A DNA stretch of 33,481 nt from Chitinophagaceae bacterium (GCA_031365305.1 JANLXV010000011.1:1-33481); one strand, 5' to 3'. Shown: positions 1 through 8,818, numbered from the stretch's first letter. Made by a program: numbers and translations. The notes: generated by a model not told the origin, from the letters alone.

Positions 1-465
1 CAGGCGTTCAATGCCGCCGCTCCAAAGCTCAAGATCGGGGTTGATAGGATTTTTTATAAGCACAGGTATCTCAACACCCCGCAGGGCATCGCAAACTTCC
101 TGTACACTAAATGGGTTCACGGTAGTGCGTGCACCAATCCATAACATATCAACATCAAATTGTAAAGCATCCTGCACATGTTTGGCCGTAGCAACTTCAA
201 CTGTAATTGGCAGGCCGGTAATTTTTTTGGCTTGTGCCATCCAAGGCAAGCCTTTGGTACCAATACCTTCAAACATGCCAGGCTTAGTGCGGGGCTTCCA
301 TATACCGGCTCTCAACACATCAACTTTTCCTGTTTTAGCTAATCTTGTAGCGGTTTCCAGCACCTGTTCTTCAGTTTCAGCACTGCACGGACCGCTAATG
401 ATCAATGGACGCTTGTTCCATTTCTCATCTATGAGCTTTGCTGTTAAGTGAGTTTGTGTTTGCAT
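1..465 (-). CDS. DAHP synthase (class I-beta), probably the bifunctional DAHP synthase/chorismate mutase; 5' part only, runs off the window
   Basis: Not in the ORF track. Manual translation from ATG at 465: MQTQTHLTAKLIDEKWNKRPLIISGPCSAETEEQV...LRAGIWKPRTKPGMFEGIG...WIGARTTVNPF...VLIKNP. GPCSAE, KPRT and IGAR are DAHP synthase motifs. The chorismate mutase fusion is inferred from Bacteroidota homologues and is not visible here. Confidence 0.93.
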   Translation of the reverse strand, partial: MQTQTHLTAKLIDEKWNKRPLIISGPCSAETEEQVLETATRLAKTGKVDVLRAGIWKPRTKPGMFEGIGTKGLPWMAQAKKITGLPITVEVATAKHVQDALQFDVDMLWIGARTTVNPFSVQEVCDALRGVEIPVLIKNPINPDLELWSGGIERL

Positions 466-507
466 CGTTTTGTTTTTATTACTTATTAAATTATCTATGT
501 TTTGTAA

Positions 508-1404
508 TTACTTTAAAATTCTTTTGATCTTATTGGCATTATCTATTAACTCGCCGAGATAGGTGTAATTTTCTTTTTCGAGGCAACTCTTAAATTTTCT
601 TAACTGAGAAATATGTTCATTCAATACATCCAATAAATTATCCCTGTTCTGTTGAAAAATAGGCACCCATGTTCCGGGATTACTTTTCGCCAGCCGCACG
701 GTACTTTGAAAACCTGCACTTGCCATCTCAAAAATAGCTTCATCTTCCCGTTCCTTTTCCAGCACTGTGTTGGCTAACGCAAATGAACTTATATGCGATA
801 TATGACTCACATAAGCCGCATGAAGATCATGTGCATCTGCATCCATATATAATAAATGCATGCCCAGCAGCAAGTACATATTTTCCGCAAGATCAAGTGC
901 ATCAGCATCTGAGTTTTGTTTGTTGCAGACAATGACAGCAACATTGCTGAAAGCGCCTTTTACGGCAGCAGCAGGCCCACTAAACTCCGTCCCCCACATG
1001 GGATGCGTAGCAACAAAACGCTTATGATTTTTACTGTTTAACGCAGCATTGCAAATAGAAGATTTTGTAGAGCCGACATCTATAACCACTTGTTTATCTA
1101 CCTGTTCAAGGATCTTTTCAATTAAGCTATATGCCGCATTTACGGGAACGGCAATGATGATAACATCTGATTTATTTATAGCTTCTTCAAGTGGTAATAT
1201 TTCATCAACAAGTTGTAATGACAATGCTTGTTGTTTATGCTCTTCATTCGATTCGACACCAATAATTTTAGACGCAAAACCTTTTGCCTTAAGTGCAAGG
1301 GCCAATGACCCGCCGATAAGCCCCACACCTATTACAGTAACTACTTTATTTTGATAAAGTATATTACCTGGTTTTGTTTTACCGTGTTGTATATCGTGTG
1401 TCAT
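508..1404 (-). CDS. tyrA: Prephenate (cyclohexadienyl) dehydrogenase
   Basis: GVGLIGGS Rossmann motif, DVGSTK, HPMWGTE, HD...SHISH; operon context. Confidence 0.93.
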   Translation of the reverse strand: MTHDIQHGKTKPGNILYQNKVVTVIGVGLIGGSLALALKAKGFASKIIGVESNEEHKQQALSLQLVDEILPLEEAINKSDVIIIAVPVNAAYSLIEKILEQVDKQVVIDVGSTKSSICNAALNSKNHKRFVATHPMWGTEFSGPAAAVKGAFSNVAVIVCNKQNSDADALDLAENMYLLLGMHLLYMDADAHDLHAAYVSHISHISSFALANTVLEKEREDEAIFEMASAGFQSTVRLAKSNPGTWVPIFQQNRDNLLDVLNEHISQLRKFKSCLEKENYTYLGELIDNANKIKRILK

Positions 1405-2642
1405 TAAGAGGTTTGATCTTTTAATAAAGAGATTCTTGCAAGGGCTTCATCAAGTTTTTGTTCTGTACTACATAAGCTGATACGGATGTACCTGTTTCCC
1501 GCTGAACCAAAAATGCCACCTGGTGTAATAAAAACTGATGAATTGTCAAGCACATTATCACTTAACGCATAGCCATCTTTATAATCAGCGGGTATAGCCG
1601 CCCAAACAAATAACCCTGCCTGCTTATCATCATATGTGCATTGCAGTTTATCTAAAATATTGAAAACCCTTTCTCTCCGTTCATGGTAAATGGTATTCAG
1701 TTGTTTAAACCAATCTTCGCCGAGTTGTAAAGCCGTTGCTGCAGCGAGTTGTACTGGCAGGAACATACCGCTATCCATATTACTTTTAAAACGGACAACA
1801 TCATCAATTCTTTGTTTATTAGCCACCATCATCCCTACTCTCCACCCGGCCATATTATGGCTTTTGCTAAGAGAATTCAGCTCTATCACTACATCTTTTG
1901 CGCCGGGCACAGATAACATACTCATAGGCTCATTATTCAATATAAAGCTATAAGGATTGTCATGACAAATAAGAACACGGTGTAGTATGGCAAACTGAAC
2001 TATATTTTCAAATAATGCTTTATCAGGTAATTTACCGGTTGGCATTTGAGGATAATTCACAAATAGAATTACTCTTGATTGATGATTACCAGCTCTATGG
2101 TCTGAAATTATTTTTTCCAGCTCTCCAAAATCAGGAAACCAGTTATTCTCCTTTGTTAAATGATAAGTATTGATTTTTGCACCGGCAATTTGTGCAGCGC
2201 TTTGATAAGTCGGATATCCAGGGTTAGGAATTAAAACTAAAGTATCTGTATCTACATAAGTCATACAGATATGCATTATACCTTCTTTACTGCCGATCAA
2301 TGGCAGTATCTCATTCTCCGGATCCATGTCAACAGCATACCATTTTTTATACCAATCAGCAATTGATTGTCGCAATATGATATTGCCTTTATAATTCTGG
2401 TAAGCATGTGTATTAGGTTTTCCACTTTCTATCTTAAGCGTTTTAATCACATCAGGATGGGGCGGAAGATCAGGACTGCCAATGCCAAGATTAATTACAT
2501 TTTTACCTGCTCTGTTTAGCTCCTCGATCTGCCTTAGTTTCTTAGAAAAATAATATTCCCCAACATCATTTAATCTTGATGATACAGCAAAATGCAAGGG
2601 CTCAGCTTTTCGTTGTATCAATATGTCTTCAACACCGTGCAT
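1404..2642 (-). CDS. PLP-dependent class I/II aminotransferase (LL-DAP-AT-like; likely aromatic/prephenate aminotransferase)
   Basis: NLGIGSPD, GSKEG, PNPGYPTY, DNPY, and SLSKSHNMAGWRVG carrying the PLP lysine. Confidence 0.9.
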   Translation of the reverse strand: MHGVEDILIQRKAEPLHFAVSSRLNDVGEYYFSKKLRQIEELNRAGKNVINLGIGSPDLPPHPDVIKTLKIESGKPNTHAYQNYKGNIILRQSIADWYKKWYAVDMDPENEILPLIGSKEGIMHICMTYVDTDTLVLIPNPGYPTYQSAAQIAGAKINTYHLTKENNWFPDFGELEKIISDHRAGNHQSRVILFVNYPQMPTGKLPDKALFENIVQFAILHRVLICHDNPYSFILNNEPMSMLSVPGAKDVVIELNSLSKSHNMAGWRVGMMVANKQRIDDVVRFKSNMDSGMFLPVQLAAATALQLGEDWFKQLNTIYHERRERVFNILDKLQCTYDDKQAGLFVWAAIPADYKDGYALSDNVLDNSSVFITPGGIFGSAGNRYIRISLCSTEQKLDEALARISLLKDQTS

Positions 2643-2647
2643 AATGC

Positions 2648-3490
2648 TTATTTTGATGATTTAGAAGAAAGTCCATTTTTATAAATGCCATATATTTTTA
2701 GTTCCTGGATTAAGGGCCTGATCTTTTCAATGACATTTTGAAACTGGCCGGTACTTGTAAATTCCATATCTGCATGAAATGAATATTTCCAATCACTACC
2801 GGGTATAGGGAAAGATTGCAGCTTACTCAGATTAACATTCTCCTCTGCAATTTTTGTAAGCACTTTTGCCAGGCTGCCCGTGGAATGATCTGTATTAAAA
2901 TTTACAGATGCCTTATCAGGATTATTGATTTGGGCAATTACATCTTCTGGTTGTAATACTAAAAAACGGGTATAATTATTCTTTAAAGTCTGGATGTTTG
3001 GCGCCAAAATATCTAACTGGAATAATTCTGCTGCTAGTTTTCCTGCAATAGCTGCTGCATGTTTATTGCGATGCTGGTGAATATTTTTTGCACTTAAAGC
3101 CGTATCTTCTGTTTCAACCAATTTCCAATTATACTTATCTAAAAATCCAAAACACTGCTGTATGGCCATTGGGTGAGAATGCACTTCCCTGATATCTTGC
3201 AGCGAAACGCCCGGGTTAACCAGGAGATGTTGGTTGATCTGTAAATAAATTTCCCCGGCAATCTTCAAATTACTTTTTTGCAGGAGATTATAATTCGCCA
3301 GAATACTTCCTGCAATAGAATTTTCAATAGCCATAACCCCACCAATACTTTCTTTTTTATTCTCAGCAACTTTGATCACTTCTTTAAATGTAGAGCAACA
3401 GATCACTTCTGCAGTTTTACCAAAAAACTGCTGCGCTGCCACCTGGTGAAAGCAACCTTCAAAGCCCTGTATAGATACTTTATTCTCCAT
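2648..3490 (-). CDS. pheA: Prephenate dehydratase with C-terminal ACT domain
   Basis: AIENSIAGS, SHPMAIQQC, NYTRF, and ACT domain GSLAKVL...NLSKLQSFP. Confidence 0.93.
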   Translation of the reverse strand: MENKVSIQGFEGCFHQVAAQQFFGKTAEVICCSTFKEVIKVAENKKESIGGVMAIENSIAGSILANYNLLQKSNLKIAGEIYLQINQHLLVNPGVSLQDIREVHSHPMAIQQCFGFLDKYNWKLVETEDTALSAKNIHQHRNKHAAAIAGKLAAELFQLDILAPNIQTLKNNYTRFLVLQPEDVIAQINNPDKASVNFNTDHSTGSLAKVLTKIAEENVNLSKLQSFPIPGSDWKYSFHADMEFTSTGQFQNVIEKIRPLIQELKIYGIYKNGLSSKSSK

Positions 3491-3499
3491 GTTATAAAC

Positions 3500-3530
3500 A
3501 AAAATCCCGGCCTTTTGAGCCGGGATTTTT
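3500..3530 (-). terminator. Attenuator terminator hairpin directly upstream of pheA
   Basis: Minus-strand RNA AAAAAUCCCGGC-UCAAAAG-GCCGGGAUUUUU, continuing GUUU; it ends about 10 nt before the pheA ATG at 3490. Confidence 0.85.
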
Positions 3531-3554
3531 TTATGTTGATCTGTTTAATTCAGG

Positions 3555-3626
3555 TTACACAAAAGCCTCCCGGACTATTCTAAAATAGTAGCTAAAATAA
3601 AAGGGAGTGTTTGCTGTTGTATTCAT
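3555..3626 (-). CDS. Phe/Tyr-rich attenuator leader peptide MNTTANTPFYFSYYFRIVREAFV (23 aa)
   Basis: ATG at 3626, TAA at 3555-3557. Six of seven consecutive codons are Phe/Tyr (FYFSYYF). It lies just upstream of a terminator and the Phe/Tyr biosynthesis operon. Confidence 0.85.
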   Translation of the reverse strand: MNTTANTPFYFSYYFRIVREAFV

Positions 3627-3633
3627 TTGCTTT

Positions 3634-3641
3634 CAAAAATA
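3634..3641 (-). promoter_or_regulatory. Bacteroidota sigma-A -7 element for the leader/pheA operon
   Basis: TATTTTTG matches TAnnTTTG; a TTG lies about 20 nt upstream (3662-3664). Confidence 0.55.
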
Positions 3642-3786
3642 GGGAAGTGGTGTCATTTGACCAATTAAAAAAATTTAGGTTTTAACGGTAGTCAAACTCA
3701 TTATGCATGAAAAAATTTTAAGTAAGTATGTATTTATGTTCTCTTAAAACACGCTGCCTATCCTGATTTTTTAAGTATGCGGCAAT

Positions 3787-3813
3787 AAAAAACCCGGTTC
3801 ATTACCGGGTTTT
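3787..3813 (-). terminator. Intrinsic terminator of the glycine-zipper lipoprotein gene
   Basis: AAAACCCGGT-tcatt-ACCGGGTTTT inverted repeat with an A-run on the + strand (U-tail on -), about 25 nt past the stop at 3838. Confidence 0.75.
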
Positions 3814-3837
3814 ATTTTAAAGAATATTACAGCAAAT

Positions 3838-4290
3838 TTACTGCACTCTGCCTTCTTTTTTATCTTTTGCACGGCCTATTATATAACCACCTGCAGCGCC
3901 TACAGCACCGCCAATGATTGCGCCTTTGCCTTTCTTTTTACTGATAACAGCGCCTGCTACAGCTCCTCCAACACCACCGATTACGGCTCCCTTTGCACTA
4001 TGGCTCCAACCCTTTTTCTGCGTGGTTTGAGACTGTGTGCCGGTGTTTGTACTTTGCGTGGCAACAGGATAGTTACCGGTTGAAGATCTCCTCGCAGGAT
4101 AACTGTGTTGTGACCTCGTGGCTCCTGGAGCTGCGGTACCCGTTTGGATAACGGCAGTATCTGCATACACATTGTTTTTATACATCAATGTTGTATCCAG
4201 TCCGGTTACATCTTTAGTTGTATCAACAGTTTTTGATTTACAAGCTGCAAAAACAGAAACCACCGCACAAATCATAAATAATTTTTTCAT
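3838..4290 (-). CDS. Lipoprotein with C-terminal glycine zipper (YMGG-like)
   Basis: Signal peptide with lipobox FAAC; low-complexity S/T/Q linker; KGAVIGGVGGAVAGAVI...GAIIGGAVGAAGGYIIG. Confidence 0.8.
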   Translation of the reverse strand: MKKLFMICAVVSVFAACKSKTVDTTKDVTGLDTTLMYKNNVYADTAVIQTGTAAPGATRSQHSYPARRSSTGNYPVATQSTNTGTQSQTTQKKGWSHSAKGAVIGGVGGAVAGAVISKKKGKGAIIGGAVGAAGGYIIGRAKDKKEGRVQ

Positions 4291-4427
4291 CTTTTTAAAT
4301 TTAAGTGTTGATAATTAGATATCAGCATTGGACATGTAAACGTTGTTGTGGTTTAATTATTGGTAGAAGTGAAGATTTATCCATTTTTGGGTTACTTTTC
4401 CTCAGTAACAGTATTAAACATAGCCTG

Positions 4428-4994
4428 TTGAACATTTCAGAAAACGAGCTAAGTCTTTTAAAAGGGCTGGCGAAAAATGATACGCAAGCAATTGAAACCA
4501 TCTATAGAGAAAACTATGCCATGATTCAATCGTTTATTCTAAAGAATAGCGGTTCCAGCGATGATGCAAGGGATGTTTTTCAGGAGGCTATGATTGTTCT
4601 TTTTGAAAAGGCAACTTCAGCAACTTTTGAACTAAGAGCACAAATAAAAACGTATTTGTACTCTGTTTGCAGGTTCATATGGCTTAAGAAATTGCAGGTC
4701 TTAAATAAGCATGTTCATACTTCAGATATGCTTGAAGAAACCCTGCCTGTTGAAGAAGATGTTGTGGATCATGAGGCAAAAAACGAAGAAGTTATTTTGA
4801 TGGAGAGTTCTTTAAAAAAGATTGGTGAGCCTTGTAAAAGTTTATTAACAGCATTTTATTTTGAAAAGAAAACAATGCCTGAAATAGCAGAATCTTTTGG
4901 CTATACCAATGCTGATAATGCTAAAACACAGAAATACAAATGCCTGATGAGGCTGAAAAAAATATTTTTTGCTGGCTATAAAAATGGAGATTGA
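4428..4994 (+). CDS. ECF sigma-70 family RNA polymerase sigma factor
   Basis: Region 2 (DDARDVFQEAMIVL...TYLYSVCRFIW) and region 4 HTH (TMPEIAESFGYTNADNAKTQKYKC). Start estimated at TTG 4428; the track's 4305 start looks over-extended. Confidence 0.9.
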   Translation: MNISENELSLLKGLAKNDTQAIETIYRENYAMIQSFILKNSGSSDDARDVFQEAMIVLFEKATSATFELRAQIKTYLYSVCRFIWLKKLQVLNKHVHTSDMLEETLPVEEDVVDHEAKNEEVILMESSLKKIGEPCKSLLTAFYFEKKTMPEIAESFGYTNADNAKTQKYKCLMRLKKIFFAGYKNGD

Positions 4995-4995
4995 T

Positions 4996-6108
4996 ATGGA
5001 TGAAATTTTACTTTTAGATGCAATTGAGCGCTACCGTAATAATGAAATGGCAGCCGAAGAAAAAGCTTTTTTTGAAAACCTTCGCAAGAGCAATGCTGAA
5101 ATAGACCAGATGGTTGTTGAGCAAATGCTTTTCCTTGATCAACTAGAACATTCTGCAATAGTTACTTCGTTTAAGCAATCACTTTCTGCTGTTGAAGAAA
5201 AGCTTTTAAATGATGGCAGTATTGAAAGTACTGAACCAAAACCTCAGGGTAAATTAGTTTATCTCTGGAACCGCTATAGACGTACAATAGCCGTAGCGGC
5301 GTCAATTGCAGGCATCGTTTCCATATTTACTGCCGGTATTTATTCAGTGTATGAAAATAACAACAGCATAAAAAATATTACGCCTCTTGTTGATTATAAA
5401 TTCAAACAAGTTGATGCAAAACTCAAACAGTTTGAAACCAAGCTTAATAATGCTGCTGTAAATACAGCGGTAGTTCCACCTATATCTAAACCTAAATTTG
5501 AGGGCAATTTTAGAGCCACCGGTTTTTTAATAGATGTTAATGGCTTTATTGTAACTAATGCCCATGTTATTAATAATGCTAAAACCCTTGTTGTTGAAAA
5601 CACAAGGGGGGAACAGTTTTATGCCAACGCCGTATACGTTAATAAAACCAATGATCTTGCTATCTTAAAAATTATTGATACGTCATTTAAAAAGTTTGCC
5701 GCTTTGCCTTATTCTATCCGCAAAGGATCCGGTGAATTAGGCGAACAGATTTTTACTTTGGGTTATCCACGTGAAGAAGTGGTTTATGGCGAAGGTTATC
5801 TTAGCGCTAAGTCTGGCTATTCAGGCGATACAAGTTCTTACCAGATCAGTATCTCGGTTAACCCCGGTAACAGTGGCGGCCCGGTAATCAGTAAATCAGG
5901 CGAAGTAATAGGTATTATCAGCAGCAAGGAAACCAATGCTGATGGCGTAGTATTTGCCATTAAGTCCAGGAATATTTACAACGCTATAGAAGAAATCATT
6001 CACACTGATACCGTTAAATTGCCTTCTACTACTAGTTTAAAAGGTATGGACAGGGTACAACAGGTTAAGAAAATGGAAGACTGTGTATTTATGGTAAAAG
6101 GCAACTAA
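4996..6108 (+). CDS. Membrane-anchored S1 (trypsin-like) serine protease with anti-sigma-like N-terminal domain
   Basis: Catalytic triad motifs TNAHV, DLAILK and PGNSGGP; one TM helix (IAVAASIAGIVSIFTAGIY); no PDZ domain. ATG at 4996 follows the sigma TGA by 1 nt (alternative ATG at 4984). Confidence 0.85.
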   Translation: MDEILLLDAIERYRNNEMAAEEKAFFENLRKSNAEIDQMVVEQMLFLDQLEHSAIVTSFKQSLSAVEEKLLNDGSIESTEPKPQGKLVYLWNRYRRTIAVAASIAGIVSIFTAGIYSVYENNNSIKNITPLVDYKFKQVDAKLKQFETKLNNAAVNTAVVPPISKPKFEGNFRATGFLIDVNGFIVTNAHVINNAKTLVVENTRGEQFYANAVYVNKTNDLAILKIIDTSFKKFAALPYSIRKGSGELGEQIFTLGYPREEVVYGEGYLSAKSGYSGDTSSYQISISVNPGNSGGPVISKSGEVIGIISSKETNADGVVFAIKSRNIYNAIEEIIHTDTVKLPSTTSLKGMDRVQQVKKMEDCVFMVKGN

Positions 6109-6120
6109 ACTTCGGCTATT

Positions 6121-7020
6121 CTATTTCCAAAGCTCCTTAGGATAATCACCTTTCTCAATAAGTTGTTCAATGCTTTGCCTTACGCCTGGCGCATCTTCAA
6201 CATAGGTAACACCAAACCATTGTGACGAAGTAGGGATGACTTTTATTTTACCGCCTTTTTCTTTAATAAAAGCATCAGCAACAATTGGTATAAAAAATTC
6301 TGCTTTCGGATTGGGAATGTTATCTGTAAGAAACTTTTTAAATAAGTCTTCGATATAGTTAAATACTGATAGATCGAAACACCAGAAGTTCATACTTACC
6401 TTCGAATTTTCCGGCACTTCATGTTTACCTTCTTCATCTTCAAAAACAATTTTATTGCCTTCCCTGTAAATTTTTGTTCTTTCAGAAATGGTGATGAGAT
6501 TATTATCAGCATCTACTTCGCATACACCACGGCTTACTGTACCATTAGCTGACAATGTTTTAGGTAATTCATATCCAACGAGGCTATAAGTATTTGCATT
6601 TACTTCTTTAGTTAAAAACTGTGCTGCTTTTTCAAAAGCATCTTTACCATAAAAATCATCAGCATTAATTACGGCGAAAGGTTCATTCACGGCTTCTTTT
6701 GCGCTTAAGATGGCATGTGCCGTTCCCCATGGTTTTTTGCGGTCTGCAGGTATTTCGAAACCTTCCGTATTATCTGTAAGGTCCTGGTACACGTAAGCAG
6801 TTTCTATTTTGCCCTTTAGTTTAGGTTCAAAAATGGCTTTAAAATGTTCTGCAAAATCTTCTCTTATAATAAATACAACCTTATCGAAACCAGCTCTTTT
6901 TGCATCAAAAATTGAATAATCCATTATCGTTTCCCCGCCCGGCCCAAAAGCTTCAATTTGTTTCATACTGCCATATCTGCTGGCCATACCTGCGGCTAAT
7001 ATTAAAAGTGTAGGTTGCAT
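6121..7020 (-). CDS. Sugar-phosphate nucleotidyltransferase family protein
   Basis: LAAGMASRYG..K, PWGTAHA, INADDFYG. Confidence 0.85.
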   Translation of the reverse strand: MQPTLLILAAGMASRYGSMKQIEAFGPGGETIMDYSIFDAKRAGFDKVVFIIREDFAEHFKAIFEPKLKGKIETAYVYQDLTDNTEGFEIPADRKKPWGTAHAILSAKEAVNEPFAVINADDFYGKDAFEKAAQFLTKEVNANTYSLVGYELPKTLSANGTVSRGVCEVDADNNLITISERTKIYREGNKIVFEDEEGKHEVPENSKVSMNFWCFDLSVFNYIEDLFKKFLTDNIPNPKAEFFIPIVADAFIKEKGGKIKVIPTSSQWFGVTYVEDAPGVRQSIEQLIEKGDYPKELWK

Positions 7021-7100
7021 TAGCTATAAATTTGTTTTGTTGTTGTTAGATGATTGAAACGAAATTAAGTAAGAAATGTTATGACAAATTTTTTTTATAA

Positions 7101-7997
7101 ATGGATTTTTTATCTATAAAAACGCTTGAACCCGGCATACAACCCATTGTAAATAATGATTGGGAAAACAAAAATATACATTGCCTCATGCTCAGGCTTG
7201 ATGAATTGGAAACAGATGTTTCCGGCAACAAACTCTTTAAACTCTATTATTTTTTACAACAGGCCATTAAAGAGAACAAAGGCATACTAACATTTGGCGG
7301 CCCCTGGTCAAATCATTTGGCAGCAACTGCCTCGGCATGTAAAATGATGAACATTAATTGCATCGGAATTGTAAGAGGTGAAGAGCTACAAGTCTATTCA
7401 AACACACTTCAATTTTGTGCCGATCATGACATGCAATTAAAATTTGTCAGCCGCTCTGTGTATGATGATATCAAAATGAAAAGTTCAATCCCTCATTTTG
7501 ATGCAGGTTATATTATAGTGCCCGAGGGTGGTTACTCCGAAAAAGGCGCAAAAGGTGCAGCACTTATCAACCAGTTTTTTTCAAATAAAAGCTTTACGCA
7601 TATTTGTTGTTCAATTGGTACTGCTACTACATTTGCAGGATTATTAACCAATAATCAGTATAAATATCTTGGCTTTACTGCGTTAAAAAATATGACAGAT
7701 GTTGATGAAAGAATTAATCACTTAAAAGACAATGCCGAAAAAGTTATTTACAAAATTATACAGGATTATCACTTTGGTGGCTTTGCGAAATATACGCCTG
7801 AACTGATAACGTTCATGAATGAATTTTATCAATCACATCACATTCCATTAGACTTTGTGTATACCGGTAAAATGATGTTCGGTATTTCTGACATGATAGC
7901 AAACAATTATTTTCCCGCAGACAGCCGCATACTTTGTATCCATACAGGAGGCTTGCAAGGCAACCTGGGTTTACCAAAAAATACTTTAATGTTTTAA
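7101..7997 (+). CDS. ACC deaminase / D-cysteine desulfhydrase family PLP enzyme
   Basis: SGNKLFKL (PLP lysine), TFGGPWSNH, PEGG, LDFVYTGK, HTGGLQG. Confidence 0.88.
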   Translation: MDFLSIKTLEPGIQPIVNNDWENKNIHCLMLRLDELETDVSGNKLFKLYYFLQQAIKENKGILTFGGPWSNHLAATASACKMMNINCIGIVRGEELQVYSNTLQFCADHDMQLKFVSRSVYDDIKMKSSIPHFDAGYIIVPEGGYSEKGAKGAALINQFFSNKSFTHICCSIGTATTFAGLLTNNQYKYLGFTALKNMTDVDERINHLKDNAEKVIYKIIQDYHFGGFAKYTPELITFMNEFYQSHHIPLDFVYTGKMMFGISDMIANNYFPADSRILCIHTGGLQGNLGLPKNTLMF

Positions 7998-8056
7998 GCA
8001 CTTTAACTTTAGCTGCTTACATGTTTCTTAAAAAAAGAATGATTTTTAAAACATCA

Positions 8057-8818
8057 ATGAAAACAATCTTAACAAGCAGCATACTTTTCTTAATAACAAA
8101 TTGTATAAACGCCCAGGATACTTTGCCTCGCATTACAGTAAAAAATCTGAATAATACTGTGCTTGTAAGCTGGACGAATCCATTTGAAACACTTACCACC
8201 ATTAATATTCAAAGGTCTTTTGATAGTCTTAAAAATTTTAAAACCATTGGAAGCATTCTCGATGTAAAAAATAAGCAGAATGGTTTTGCTGATGCAAAGC
8301 CTGCATCTCTAAAAATGTTTTACCGCGTTTTTTTAGTTTTTGAAGGCGGCGCTTATATTTTCAGTAAATCTTACAGGCCGGTAAAAGATTCTGTAAAGCC
8401 GGTTGTCGTAAAAAAAATTGAAGACATAAAAATTGAAGATTTTAAAAACCCGGTTCTAAAAGTTGATTCACCTGTTGTGATTGAACTACCGCCGCTGCCG
8501 GTTGTTAAACCAAGCTATGTGCCGTCAAGATATATTTATACTAATAAAGATAATAACGTGATCATTGCTTTAAAAGATGCAGCAACACATAAATACAGGG
8601 TTAAATTTTATGATGAATCGAAGGCATTAATTTTTGAAATAAAACAGATCAACGACCCTTATCTTACTATTGAAAAGGTAAACTTTTTACACGCCGGCAA
8701 GTTTAATTTTGAAATATTTGAAGATGAGTTTATAATGGAAGAACATTGGTTGTTCATTCAGAAAGATCCAAAATTTACCAACTCACAATCAGAAATAAAC
8801 CGGAATAACTTTAGATGA
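8057..8818 (+). CDS. Hypothetical exported protein
   Basis: Signal peptide from ATG 8057 (MKTILTSSILFLITNCINAQD); beta-rich halves joined by a Pro/Val/Lys linker. Start uncertain (8020 or 8057). Confidence 0.7.
   Translation: MKTILTSSILFLITNCINAQDTLPRITVKNLNNTVLVSWTNPFETLTTINIQRSFDSLKNFKTIGSILDVKNKQNGFADAKPASLKMFYRVFLVFEGGAYIFSKSYRPVKDSVKPVVVKKIEDIKIEDFKNPVLKVDSPVVIELPPLPVVKPSYVPSRYIYTNKDNNVIIALKDAATHKYRVKFYDESKALIFEIKQINDPYLTIEKVNFLHAGKFNFEIFEDEFIMEEHWLFIQKDPKFTNSQSEINRNNFR

Noticed and set aside
11-451. 146-aa plus-strand ORF
   Set aside because: Antisense shadow of the DAHP synthase gene on the minus strand (1..465).
3278-3583. 101-aa plus-strand ORF across the pheA start
   Set aside because: Antisense to pheA and its attenuator; no protein-like motifs.
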